Shown here in pieces: positions 51,446 to 64,000 of a DNA stretch of 64,000 bases. The DNA is from Adineta vaga. Taxonomy: Eukaryota; Animalia; Rotifera. Location of the stretch: contig CP075495.1 in the NCBI GenBank assembly GCA_021613535.1, positions 4,774,001 through 4,838,000 of the forward strand. The letters are read 5' to 3'. The translations under genes and the position numbers were made by a program. Numbering within the stretch: the stretch's first letter is position 1; each line of letters begins with the position of its first letter. The notes under the pieces were generated by a model, which was not told the origin of the DNA, made no database searches, and saw nothing but the letters and a program-made list of their open reading frames with translations.

Positions 51446-53382
51446 TTAAAGTAAATCAGGTGGTTTGAAAGGCGAACGAGATAGCATAGTCGCGGCATTT
51501 TCTACAGCTTGTGGTGATGTTGGTTCAGAAAATTCACCAGGAAAACCAAAAATTCCTGAAGTATCAACAAGAATTTCACGCGGTTTAGATGTTGATCGAA
51601 CGATAACACGACTTTTTTCACGTTTACGATCAGCAACAGAAAGATTCAATGCATTACACGGTTTTGTCAATGTACCTAGAAAATATCGAAATGTATATCA
51701 TAAACAATGATCTTATCATTTTTTCGACGAACAAAAAAAGATTAGTGTGTGTTTTGGAAGTCAAGTAAGATATCGATGTATACAAGCAAGAATGTACAGG
51801 GATATGAAGCAAAAGCATTACCATTCCGAGCATGCATTCTTTGCATGAACTCTTTGCGTTGTGCTTTTTTGCAAGGAAAATGATGCTGTTTGATAGGAAT
51901 ATCGATATCTATGACAAAGAAGATGCACAAAAAAGCAAATGAAAAATAAGCAGGAAGAAAGTGCATCATAACAACGAATCTATTGAAAACTCTTACTTAA
52001 TCCTTCTGAAAACAAATAAATTATCAAAAGAAAATCAATTTAAATCGTACTTTGATTGATTTTTACCTGTACTTGATGTTGAATCACATCGTACTTTTTC
52101 AGTTTTTTCAAATCGTTCAATGATTTGAGTTTCTATTGAATAATATATTCAGTAATACAAAATACAAAGAAAAGAATTTTCATATACCTGTAACACACAA
52201 TGGTCGTTTAGGTAAACCGGCAGTTGTTGTACCAGTATCTTTTGTTTCAGGACGAACTAATAATACAAGAATTATTAACATTCTATGAAATACATTTTTT
52301 TTCAAAAATTACCTGGTTTTGGTGGTGAAATATATAAATCTTCAGTTGATGTTGTAGCATCATGAAAAATAATTCTAGCTGGTGTTGGTGGTCGTTCTCG
52401 TTCAACTGTTCAACAGTAAAACACAATGGTTATCAAATATCAAAGAAGAATACTTTTATTACTTGGTACAACACGATCTGGAGTTTTATTATAATTGTAA
52501 CTGTATTCGAAATGTTCTTCGTGTTGTTCATCGACAAATTTTGACCATCGATTTTCTCTTTGTTGTTGATGTTGATGAATGTCTACGTTAAGAAATGTAA
52601 AAGATACATTCATATAGACATTAACTGGTGAAATTGATACTTGAAAAAAAAGAAATTATCAATATTTTTAAAATTTTTACCTGTTGATTCTTTGTGCAAA
52701 TCAAAACAAGATGAAGGTCGAGTACGTATTTTCAGTTGTCGAATTGGTGGTGATGGTGTGCGTACAAATGAAACCATATAAGGAAGTGGTGGTGGTCGAC
52801 GTTGTTGCTCTTCAATCGTTACAGTTTCTATTGAAAAAGAAAATATAGATTCTTTTTTTTTAAACCATTAATAAAATAGGATTTACCTATTTTTTCAATG
52901 AGAACTTCTCTTGAAGCCGCACGATTCATTGATCGACGTGGAACCAATGGTGGTGGCGGTGGTGGTGGAGAAAATGAGCATGAATGATAGTTCGTATGAG
53001 GATGGTATACACCTTAATAAAGTTTTTTTTTAACAAGATATAAACAATCATACTTTTGTTTTCAATTTCACTCACTGTAGTACTCTCGTTTAAATCGACG
53101 GCCAGATGAACGACTTCGGTGACGACGTTGTTGTTGTTGTTGTTGCTGTTGTTGTTGATGATGATGATGCAACTGATGATGATGTTGATGATGGTGATGA
53201 TAATGATGACGATGAAGAGAAGCAAAATCACTTTCTATATAAGGAATATCATCAAAAAATGATGTTGGTTGAGGTTCAAATGGATCATAGGGTTCAGTTA
53301 AAACTACTGATAATGGTCGACCATTATAATGTTGTGCATAACACATATCATTATATTCTTCATCCCATAAAAGGTTCCCCAT
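51446..53382 (-). CDS. uncharacterised low-complexity (His/Gln/Pro-rich) protein, multi-exon
   Basis: Eight exons (plus a candidate 9-nt microexon) join in frame through phase-1 GT-AG introns, from MGNLLWDEEY to SPFKPPDLL*. No recognised domain. Confidence 0.7.
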
Positions 53383-56351
53383 ATCGACAATAATGTCGTT
53401 AAAACCAATCTAAAAATAAGTGAAGAAGAAATACTATAGCAGTTACAATGCACTCTTAACCGATACTATTTGAATATTGAATAATAGATACATCTATATA
53501 TTATATTCATTGAATAGATTATAAGTAAATACAAACAAAACAAAAAAGGAAAAGATGATTAGAATTATTGTAACAAAAATCAAAAGGAAAAAAAAAAGAA
53601 AGAAAGAAAACTAATCTTTCTCTTTGAACACAATGATATTATTGAAAAGGAATATGTACTTTCTCTCTCGCTCTTTCTCTCTTCAAACTTGACATTGAAT
53701 TAAAAAATTGATGATGTGAACGCAAATATATGTAGTACACAATAAGATGTACTCTTCTATGTCGGGAGTATGCGTGTGAACAAAGGAAAACGCATACGAC
53801 TTGTTGATAGTGTTGTCGTATGTATAAAGTTGATCCGAAGTAAATGCTCTTTATATTTCTGCGGTTTATATGTGTGTACTTACGTGTGCTTGCCTTTTTC
53901 TCTTTCTCTCTTCTTCTCCGTCTGTCAAAAATTTTATGTTCTTTTCTACTGAAAATAAGCTCTTATGTGAGTAATTAGCACGTGTATTTCTTCGTTTATT
54001 CTATCCGTTTACTCTTCATTCCAATACTTTCAAGTATGTTTTGAAATTCTCTTAATATAATGATGAAGTACGTGTTAGTTATACATTTTTACGATGTAAT
54101 CAATCAAGATAAAACAATGATTGACACAAATTTTCTCTAGATATGCATACATATCGATAATCTCTTGAGGTATAGTGAAGAGCGCGTATATATGTAAGTG
54201 CTTACGGATGCAGCTGTAAAATAAAGATTCAAGGTTATTTCATACACGATATATAAATCTCGTTATTTGCAAATCGAATCTTTGTTTGTCATCAACGCGA
54301 GAAAAAATAAGACCTTACTCGAATTATTTTATCATTTCGAATGTATAGTTCTTGTTATTGTTTACCTCAAACAGTGGCGAAGATAGACGTTAAAAGCTTA
54401 ATCTCTTTACTGGTACCTTTTTTTATTTCTCTTCCCACATCGATGCTTTCTTTTTCTTTTTCTTACAACCAGACTACTAGTATTTGTTATTTTCTCTCCT
54501 TCTCTCTCTCTCTCCCTCTCTTTCTCTTGAAACCAAATAGACTTCGATGATAGATATATGAAATTTGTCAAAAAAAAGAAGAGAAAGTCCAAAATAACAA
54601 CGATCATAATAATTATGATGACGCTTATTATTGTGTTGCAGGTGTGTATGTGTATACATGTAATGACAACAACGAGAATAGTGATATTAAACTATTCACA
54701 TACCCGAATACGGCGGCTTTTGATGTCGAGACATTTCTTCTTGAAAATTAACAAACGAAACGAAAAAAGAAGAAGAGAGGACCTTGTATTATGTCTCTTC
54801 TCTTCTCTTCTTCTATTTACTTGAAGATTGAGAATGAAAAAAGAAGAAAATGAAAGTTATGACAGTTGATGGTAGAGATCAGTGTTCGTTGATTGTGGGT
54901 GTATGAATATCAAATATACGTTCAAAAGTTGTTTCAATATCGATTTCGATCATATCGAATTTTTTTCTTCCCTTTTCTACTCATTCAATTTCTTAAATGA
55001 ATATATACATTTACATGCAAAAAGCCGATCTTAATTGATTTTATTCATCTATGTACGACAAAGTACCCTTTCGTTATTTCTTTTTTATTTAAATTGAATA
55101 CAAGAAGAAGAAAGACATGTTATAATAAACTATATTAGTAGATTATTTGTTCTCTAAACTTGTCAAAAATACAACAAGTTCACAATGATTAATTTACATG
55201 TGTGTGCATGTTTTCAGCTCCGACCAGTTGTTGCTGACTTGTCACCAAATGTCTGTTGAATAGATTTTCAAGGTTATACGTGCTTACTTTATATATATTT
55301 TCCAGAATCATTCCTAGAAATATTTGAATATTCTGGTGTATTTTCATTGTCACTTGATAAGATAATTCTTTCCTATTCGATTAAATCGAAGAACACTCCT
55401 TTTTCTTTAATAATTATTTTGTTATATTATGTAATGAACAAATAAAAGGAAAGGTTTTCTCTATCAGATGACACTGATTTAAGACATTTTTTCAAATGAT
55501 TTATTTCTATGATAAAACAAATCGAGAATTGCATTTATTGACGGTGAATGATAACCGATTATTTTTTTCGAACAAACATTTCTTCGTTAACTTCTTTTCA
55601 TAGATTTCAAAATTCTAATGAACATTTTCTTTGATGTTATACATCTAGACAGAACGAGATGTATGTCATCAGAAATCGTAATGAAACTATTAAATATTAA
55701 TAGATAAAAATCACATATTTAGCTTTCAGAAATAACTGTTTATGTACTTAAGAGAAATTGTCATTTGATAATCTCGAGTGAAATCTTTGCTGATTTCTGC
55801 CTTCATTCGAAGGTTTACTATACTTCTTCCTTGTCCATTGAACTCTATTAATAATATTGTATGTAAGATCTACGAACAAAAAAAACAGACACATTTAACT
55901 TGATCTATTCATAATTGAAATGAATGTTGAAATCGTGTCTATAATTTTCGAACGACATACTACTATAACATTCCAATTTTATTGAATTCATCTCAATTCT
56001 TTGTATATGGTCAAATAACAGTGTTGTACAACAAAAAGAAAGAAAGAAGAGAGAAAAAATATAGAAATACATTTTCTGTTTGAATGTTTAAGTACAGCAA
56101 ATAAAAGATCAATGAAAAAAAGAAAAGAAAAGAAATGAAAGAAAAGAAAATCAAATGAAGTTATGACATCAATGAAAGAAGAAAAAAAAATCAATTCGTC
56201 TACCATAGAGGAGAAGAAAGACAAGATTCTAAGGTTTTTCTAATGAACAAAATAAGTATCACACGGTAGATTAAAACTCGTTATTACGACACAGATATGT
56301 ATGCAAACGAACAAGATAATATAATTTTCAATCAGTTTTAAGAACAATTTT

Positions 56352-58237
56352 TTAATAACAATTAGCATTGTTAGTCATGCCAGTTTGATCCGAGCCTTCA
56401 CCTAATTTATATACATAAACTTTGTAATCTTTCGATGCCATTGCTAATTCATCATTATATCCAACAGCAACATCGAAACATTGAGAATGTTTCATTAACT
56501 AAATAATGATAAAATTGAAATTTTGTTTTCTCAAATAAAAATTTATACTTACTGAATAATGAGAATATTTCTTATTTCCATCATAATCATATGTTGAAAT
56601 ATTAAAATTTTCATGATTATCAACAACAATCAATTCACGTCGTGGTTGATTCTATAGACGAAACAAATGGTACAGAAGTTATAGATTGAAATTATTCGAA
56701 TAATTATACATACAATTCGACATGCAATTGGATAAGTAATACCAGCTCCGATGTTTCTCAAATGTTTACCTGTATAATCAAATACTCGGACAAAATGTGA
56801 TTCATTATCGCTCACATAGAGTTCATGTCGATCATTGACACAGACACTTGTCGGAAAACTCAAATGATCACGTAAATCACATTGACCCCATAAACGACCG
56901 GATGTTGCATCATAGATATGTACTATGAAAGCAAAACTAAAGAATCAATGAAAATGTTTTCGATCTTTTATACCTTTCATTATTTTTGATTCCATAACAA
57001 TAATTCGACCTTGTTGATCAATACAAATAGCTCGTGGACTTTCGAGATCATTACCGAAACGACGAATGAATTGACCATTACGATCAAATATTTGAATCAT
57101 TGGTCGTGGAGAACGTTGAACCATAACAAGCTAGAATTACTATCATTGATAATTTTCAAGCAACATATTCAATCTTACTAATTCGTGCCCAGGTAAAATA
57201 GCAATACGATATGGATAAAGTAATGCACCAGGTCTTGTGCCAGCCTGACCAAATCGTGATACACATTCTCGTCGAATTGGATCGAATAGTTTTACTTGAC
57301 TTGAATTGGTATCAACAACTGAAATTGTACCATCTGAAAGAAAAGCGATACCATTCGGCTCTAAGAATTCATTCATTCCACGACCATAGCCACCGAATTT
57401 ATATTCATCTAAACAAAAAATGGTTTTGTTTTTCGTATAAAATTTGATTGTGTTATTTGTAAATAATAATTACATGAAGTGGAAAATCGTAATGATGTTT
57501 GTTGATTAGTTCGAGATGAACTACGATAGGATTGATCAATACTAGATCGATTACTGATTGTTTGATAATTTTTTCTAAACTTTGCAGAGTTTTCTGCATG
57601 AAATTCTGTTGCAGATGGATCAAGTATTGACGAATGTTTTAATCGATGATTATACGGTGATGGTTCATATGAATGATAGCCACTTGTACTAGCTAATAAA
57701 TCACCTGATGACGAAGATGTTCCAGTTAATGCTTCTGCAAAACGAAGAAATATACACATATTTTTTAAAAATCAACATAATTCTTATTCACCAAAAGTAA
57801 TGCCAGCTTGTTCAATAATAGATAGAATATCATCATGATTTTCATCAATACTTGTGCAAGGATTACCAGCTAATACATCAAGTGATGATGATTCATTTAA
57901 ACTTGTATTTGCACTACTATGACGAAGTAAATAATTCGTATTATTTACTGACGATGGATTAAGCATATGGGATCGATTAATTTCAAATAATTCTCGACAT
58001 TCAGTCCATGCATCATTTTCATTTTCATCATTATCAATTGTGATCACTGGTGCAGCTAAAAAACAAAAAAAAAGAATAAACATGTTTTTGTTAATTTAAA
58101 AACTAACCACTAAATAATTTCCATCGATGATCATCATCAATTGAATCATGAATTGTTAATTGTTTATTTGTTACATCCGAAAAATGTACACGACTTGATG
58201 GTGAACAAGTATTTGTAGAAGATTTTAATATGCTCAT
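56352..58237 (-). CDS. Brat-like NHL-repeat protein
   Basis: KFGGYG..FLEPNGIA, LLYPYRIA, QRSPRPMIQIF, HLSFPTSVCVND, DNHENFN and KHSQCFDVAV..ASKDYKVYVY closely follow the Brat NHL propeller. The N-terminus is low-complexity. Confidence 0.88.
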
Positions 58238-58885
58238 TGTTGATTGTTATTGATAGTTAACACTCATACAATACAAACAGAGACACACACACACACACAC
58301 ACTCAGACAGATAGATAGTGAATATGTACAATAAAAGAAATAACGATCCGACCGATCGTAACAGAGGAAGATAATTCAATGAAAATAGTCGAAAATTTCC
58401 ATTTAGAATTAACGTTTCTTTTTTTCAGAAAAAGTAAAGAACGATCCAGGTATCGCATCATATGTGAACATTATATAGACGATAGACGACGATATGTGAA
58501 GTCACGATGATTCATACATTGATAGAAGATTTTCTTAAACGAAATTCTAAACACGTGATTAAATCAGTCTTATGCATCGGATGAACTCGATTCTATTTTC
58601 AGTGTTTTAGATGTTTACTCTATCGTACTGAGATAAAAGTGTATAAAAAGTACGAAGATCATTTTGAAAGAATAAATACTCTTCCAAAAACTATGTGGTA
58701 AAAATAATCTAGTTTTTCATTGAACACCATTTTCCTTTCGCTATTATGATCTTGCAATAGCGACAATTTTTTATACTTACTTACTTACTTACTTACTTCA
58801 TCATCAAATCAAGAACGAAAGAAAAAGAAAACAACAATTTCTAAATAAATCTTATTATTATTTTTCTTCAGCATTATTCTTACAC

Positions 58886-59476
58886 ATGGAAGTCTATTTA
58901 AAAGAACTAGTTGATGCAATTAAAACGATAACTGACGAGATTTCAATTGATTTTCATGGTGCAACACTTTCGTATGATACATACAATGCTGTTGATTATA
59001 CGGAAAACGATCAACGTCAAATAATTGAACGTTTCTTTTTTAAAACAATTGATTTCGTTTCTAATTCATCGATATTGAATCTGATCCTTGATCATCTCTA
59101 TGTCGGTCATTATACAATTTTACCTACGAATATTAAATCTTATCTTTTTGAAACATTAGAACTTTGTTCACCGAAAGAATTTCTTTCATGGATCTTTAAA
59201 ATATTAGATAATGAAGAAGAAATGTTAAATATCAATATTCAAACATGGAGCACTTATATTGATGCAAAAAGAAAACGTGGTTCGACAAATGGTGAAATTC
59301 GTTATACAATTTTGTGTGAATCATCAACAAAATTACTTGAATTAATTCTTAGTAAAATAGCTCGTGATAACTTAACATCAAAACAAGTTTGGTTAGCAGT
59401 ATTTCGTCTTAAACAACAATTATCAATGACAAGTCTACAAAAAGATATATTCAATGAATGGCTTGGAATTGTTTAG
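58886..59476 (+). CDS. hypothetical single-exon helical protein (196 aa)
   Basis: Uninterrupted ORF with coding-like codon usage; no recognised motif. Confidence 0.65.
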   Translation: MEVYLKELVDAIKTITDEISIDFHGATLSYDTYNAVDYTENDQRQIIERFFFKTIDFVSNSSILNLILDHLYVGHYTILPTNIKSYLFETLELCSPKEFLSWIFKILDNEEEMLNINIQTWSTYIDAKRKRGSTNGEIRYTILCESSTKLLELILSKIARDNLTSKQVWLAVFRLKQQLSMTSLQKDIFNEWLGIV

Positions 59477-59511
59477 TAAACATAAGAAGGAAGTAGTAGT
59501 AGATAATCTGA

Positions 59512-60959
59512 TCATTGTTTCAAAAGAAATTCATATAGAGTCCAAGCAGTTGCTGCAACAAGTGTTCGACGAAATGCACGAAGAAAAAAACCACGAGCAA
59601 AACCACTTAGACCATCCCTCTAAAAAATTAAACAAATAATTCTTTTTTTTATATATTTATAGAACCGAACAAGAAGTGATTACTTTAAATATCGATTTTA
59701 TTGTTATATAAACATTTTGATACTCAATAGGTGCTACCTGTCGATAGGTTTTAATCACATCAGCTGGTTGAGTTATGAATGAAGCAATGAGACCAGCAGC
59801 AACACTAATCGATGCTTGAGATGTGAGCCAATATTGATTCGAAGATACAGCTAAATAGAAATGAAGTGCAATAAATAAATAAAACAGACAAGATATATTC
59901 TTACTAGTTTCATATTCTAATGTATCTTTTAGTTTACGATAAGACATGTAATATATACCAGAAAATGGAAGATCTCGTGCTAAAGTTGGTAGTAGACCGG
60001 TATAAAAACCTAGAAAGAAATCACTTTCAAGTATCTATATGAATGAAAGTGTTTTTCGTTATGAAATGTTAAGAATTAAATACTCTTTCAAATTCGAATG
60101 CTATCATACGGGACAGTTATCTATATGTCTGCAAATCTCTAAAGGATTTTTCGACGGATCATGGATATTCTTTATTATTCAAGATGATTCTAATGCTATA
60201 GTAATTCGAATAAAACTAACCTTTTAAACCATACGTAGTATATACATGTTGAATGACTGTCATCATACTCATTGTTGTGTATCGTGAACTCTAGAAAAGA
60301 TTGTTATATATCCCATATTTCCAGCAGCAAAAAAATAGTCTATATTACTTCAAGTCTTGCTTTAATCAAAGTAAAAGGAAAAACGACTAGATCCGCTGCA
60401 CCTCGTGCTAAAGCACCACATATTCCATTAACCAAAACTGTTTGTTGAGATTTTCTAATAGAAAATAAAACAATTCTGAAAAATACACTCGAAATAATGA
60501 CGCATGGCTTACGAAATATTTTCTTTTACTAAATTGAGCAAATGAAAATAAAGAGCACTACCTGGTACAGCACGAAATAAAGACTAGAATAAATAGCGAG
60601 AAAAATGCGATATAATTATTCTACAATATCTAACCGGTGTTAATCCACGCCATAAACGTAATGTAGAATAATTTCGTATCGTATATTTTGTTACTGATAG
60701 TATAGAACGTTTTGAAACTCTAATTTCAGAAGAATAGTAGCGATAGAATATTCTCAGAAGTAATTACCCATCTTTGGGTTCTTGTATTTGAGTTTTCAAA
60801 AAATCTAACGGTTGATACAATATTGTGGTTACGAATGCACTTGTTCCACCTGCAAATAATGGATATAAACTGGATGGAAATATTGAGCTAAATAGATTTA
60901 TGAATCATTCGTTTGAAATTTTTGTTAAAGAAAAACTTCTTTTCACACCTTGCCGTCAT
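59512..60959 (-). CDS. SLC25A38: mitochondrial carrier, SLC25A38 (glycine carrier)-like
   Basis: Three carrier motifs (QPLDFLKTQIQ, FPFTLIKARLES, QPADVIKT), LWRGLTPSLFRAVPG, GLLPTLARDLPFSGIY, LRAFRRTLVAATAWTLYE. Nine short exons. Confidence 0.88.
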
Positions 60960-61216
60960 TTTATCATATCTAAAAATCGACAAAAAGTCTAAAAATCAAT
61001 TTGTTGAACATAGTTTTATTGTATCATTTGAAAAGAAAAATATATGATATAAACTTAACAAAAAAAAAGCAAAACAAAATTGAATATAATGTTAATCAAT
61101 TGACCTATTCTTTCGAAGTTAATGGAAGATAGTAGTGGGCATATACTGTGTTTGTTATTGATACTACTTATGAATTCATATTCAATCTGATAGAAGATAT
61201 AGCATTGGTTTTGTTA

Positions 61217-63054
61217 TCAATCGAAAATTGCTCGTTTAAGTTTGCGGAAAAAACCTTCTTGTTCTTTTGGTTTTTCTTCTAAATAGAATCAATTTCTTCA
61301 AATCTATTCGTGAATATCGAAGTCAATTTACCTGGTGGTGATTTAGATGAACCTTGTACTGTGCCTTCAGTTTCTTTTTCATGTTCAGAAAACGATAATA
61401 ACAATTTCTTTTGTTCAGCAGTTAAATTTCTATATAAACAATTGTTTTGAAAAATTCTTATGACTATTTCGGAAAAGAATACATACGTAGGAATTTGAAT
61501 CTTTACGTGAACATAATGATCTCCTCTTCCTGAGCCTTGGAGACGTTTTATACCTTTACCAGCTAAACGAAAACGTTGATGAGATTGTGTACCTGGTGGA
61601 ATCTGAAACAGTTTTAATGTCATTCTTTTAATACATAACAAAAGACTCTTCTTACGGATAAAGTTTGATCTTCATAGATGCCTGATACTTTGACTGTTCC
61701 ACCTAGTGCTGCTTGAGCAATCGAGATATTAATATCACTATGAATATCTTCTTTATCTCGTCGAAATTTTTCACTTGGTTTTACACGAAGTGTAACAAAT
61801 AGTTCTGATATACCGAGATTAACTCTCATTATTTGTCCATCTTCCACGCCTAGTAAAAAACGAAACAGTAGATAGATATTATCAAGAAAATAGTTATTCA
61901 TAAATAAAACTTTACCAGCTGGAATGGGTACTGTAACATATTTCTTCTGTATTGTTTTTCCTTTTCCCGAACATTCATAACATGGTTTAGCAATTGTTTC
62001 ACGTCGACCATGACATGTTCGACAAGTAGCACGTAGAAAAAATGGTCCAGTTTCAATGGTTTCCATACCTGATCCACCGCATGTTCGACATGGTTGTGGC
62101 TGAGTTCCAGCTGCACACCGTGTACCTTTGCATGACGGACATAGATCAACGATACGAACGTTCACATCTTTATCACAACCTCGAACTGCTTCTTGAAACG
62201 TTAAATCTAATGCTAACTACAATTAGAGATCAGTAATTGATGAACTGTACTATAAATAATCTTACTTGACTTATACCTTGTTTGCCAAAATGGTTCTCAT
62301 CAGGTTCATCCATCCATTCATGATTACCGAAACCGCCTCGACTAAATGCATCACCAAAGATTTTCCGAAATAATTCTTCAGGATCAACTTGAGATTGATA
62401 ATACTGGTAACCACGAAAATCACCTTGATTTGCATTACCTGGATAACTACGAGAATCTGCACCTGGATATGATTCTTGACTAGAACTAAATGGATCACTA
62501 CCCATACCATACGCATCGTAATTTTTTCGTTTACTTTCATCACTTAACACTTCATAAGCTTCTGAAACTTCTTGAAATTTCTTCGTTGTTGTAGCATCTG
62601 TCTTGTCTGTTGTGTCGGGATGATACTGTTTAGCTAACTGAGATATAGATATAGTGATTAACTTTGTCCTCAATAAAAAACAGAGATACTAACTTTATAA
62701 TAAGCTTTTTTTATCTCCTTTGCAGACGCTGTTTTTGCTAAACCGAGAGCTTCGTAATAATCTTTTTTATCTCGTCTACTAGATGTATGAAATGTTCGAG
62801 TATGTAAGTTTGAAGTAACTAAAATATTTAAAAAATAGGTATAATTGATGAACATACATTCAATGAACTGTACTCGAAGAGGATGCTAAGGTTTTCACAC
62901 TTGTAATGTTAATCAAATGCGATTGAATCGAATTCAACAGATCATTTTGAAATAATTGTCTTGATTTTGATGTCAGATTTGTTAGAAAACATCGGGTAAA
63001 ATATCGAACAGCCAGCGAAGACGGTCGAATTAGATCTCTTGATCGTATAAACAT
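61217..63054 (-). CDS. DNAJA3: mitochondrial DnaJ/Hsp40, Tid1-like
   Basis: Transit peptide, J domain ([25 protein letters not shown]), G/F region, four CxxCxGx repeats and a C-terminal domain. Confidence 0.93.
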
Positions 63055-64000
63055 TTGAATAACGATCAATCCAAGTGATATAACAAATGAAAGATTGAAA
63101 GAAGTTGATCAGTCAAATCGATTCCTATATTCCTACATACATGCATTGCAGCATTTGTCGGTTATTGGCAGAATTTTTTGACCAATCAAAAAAATGATTT
63201 TCTTTGAAAAAATAACAGTATCTAATGGCATCTATCAATCTTAATGCTACTATAGGTACTGATCTAACATCAAACTCTATTGAAACTGTAGTTTCCATTA
63301 TAAAAATTCATTAGGTACAATATTGTATGATCAGAATTAATCAAAGTGGCTGTTACGATAAACTATTAGAATTTCTCTCTCTAACTTGATGATATAGTTG
63401 ACCTATTTAATAGCATAAAGTTGATCTATCAACGAGGGTCAAGATGAATGACGCAAAGAAAATAAAATCTTTTTCTATGTCAGAAAAAGAAAAAAAATAA
63501 CTAATTAATAGTAAAGCAATAGATCAGTTATGGTACCACAAATTAATACGACTTCTCTATTTTAATTTTCCTCAAGCTTCAATCAAACATCTTTCGTCAT
63601 GTCATTTTGACATTCATTACAAATGTTTTCCGCTTGATACTCCTTCGCAAGAGTGTTGTTTTAACACATTTTAGATTGATGATGCACTTTCTCAAACTAG
63701 TATTTGCTTACTAAGCAAAATGAACATACACTTCAACATCAAAGACGAATCATTGATTGTTGATGAATGCAGGATATTAATAAAAATAACTACTAGTCAT
63801 TGCTATAACAATGTACACTTTCAAATCGATAATGCACTATACGAATTTGTAAAAATCATTTTCTTATATGTTTTATGTAACGGTGTAAATCGATAAACAT
63901 TTCCTGGAAAAAATAATCTAAAAAAAATCTTTTATAACCATTGAAGTTTGCTACTATATGGTATTTACAACTTTGTGGAAGTATTAGATAACTGACAGAA

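Noticed and set aside
53106-53393. Poly-V/poly-D ORF on the + strand and similar antisense or microsatellite ORFs (e.g. 20251-20613, 36868-37184, 51465-51710)
   Set aside because: These are antisense shadows of real genes or products of simple repeats.
56630-56660. Apparent in-frame stop in the NHL gene (INHDVN*)
   Set aside because: Wrong frame; the phase-0 splice CRI|NQPRRELIVVDNH is open.
62819-62873. Apparent stop or frameshift at the end of DNAJA3 exon 1
   Set aside because: The donor a|gtacag upstream of the TGA joins in frame through a normal-sized intron.
63500-64000. Short coding-like minus-strand fragment near the window end
   Set aside because: Interrupted by several stops and no recognisable homology.

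Overview
AT-rich, gene-dense eukaryotic genomic DNA with many short (~40-65 nt) spliceosomal introns. The gene families (F-box family, expanded orphan GPCRs, microbial-type genes carrying introns) suggest a bdelloid rotifer; this is an inference. I reconstructed about 25 genes and pseudogenes by hand, several of them missing from the ORF track because their exons are short: a partial F-box gene, two tandem membrane-protein paralogs, ASH1L-like H3K36 methyltransferase, MBD2/3 without an MBD, two GPCRs, a claudin-like gene, TSR2, TMEM50, a lectin-CUB receptor, a microbial-type PARG-like gene, a methyltransferase-like gene, a GRD-like Cys-loop channel, a small microbial-type SET gene, ELOVL, UBE2D plus a UBE2D pseudogene, OGDH, a Brat-like NHL gene, SLC25A38 and DNAJA3. 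The main signals concern RNA processing. (1) UBE2D needs a 62-nt AT-AC intron with a U2-like (ATAAGT) donor. (2) OGDH has a pair of 103-nt mutually exclusive exons at the Ca2+-site (DADLD) exon, plus candidate 27-nt and 6-nt cassette microexons; a neighbouring gene has a 9-nt candidate. (3) Several co-oriented gene pairs have operon-like spacing compatible with SL trans-splicing. (4) Two genes look horizontally acquired, and frameshifts are confined to accessory genes. All calls come from manual reading; no searches were run.
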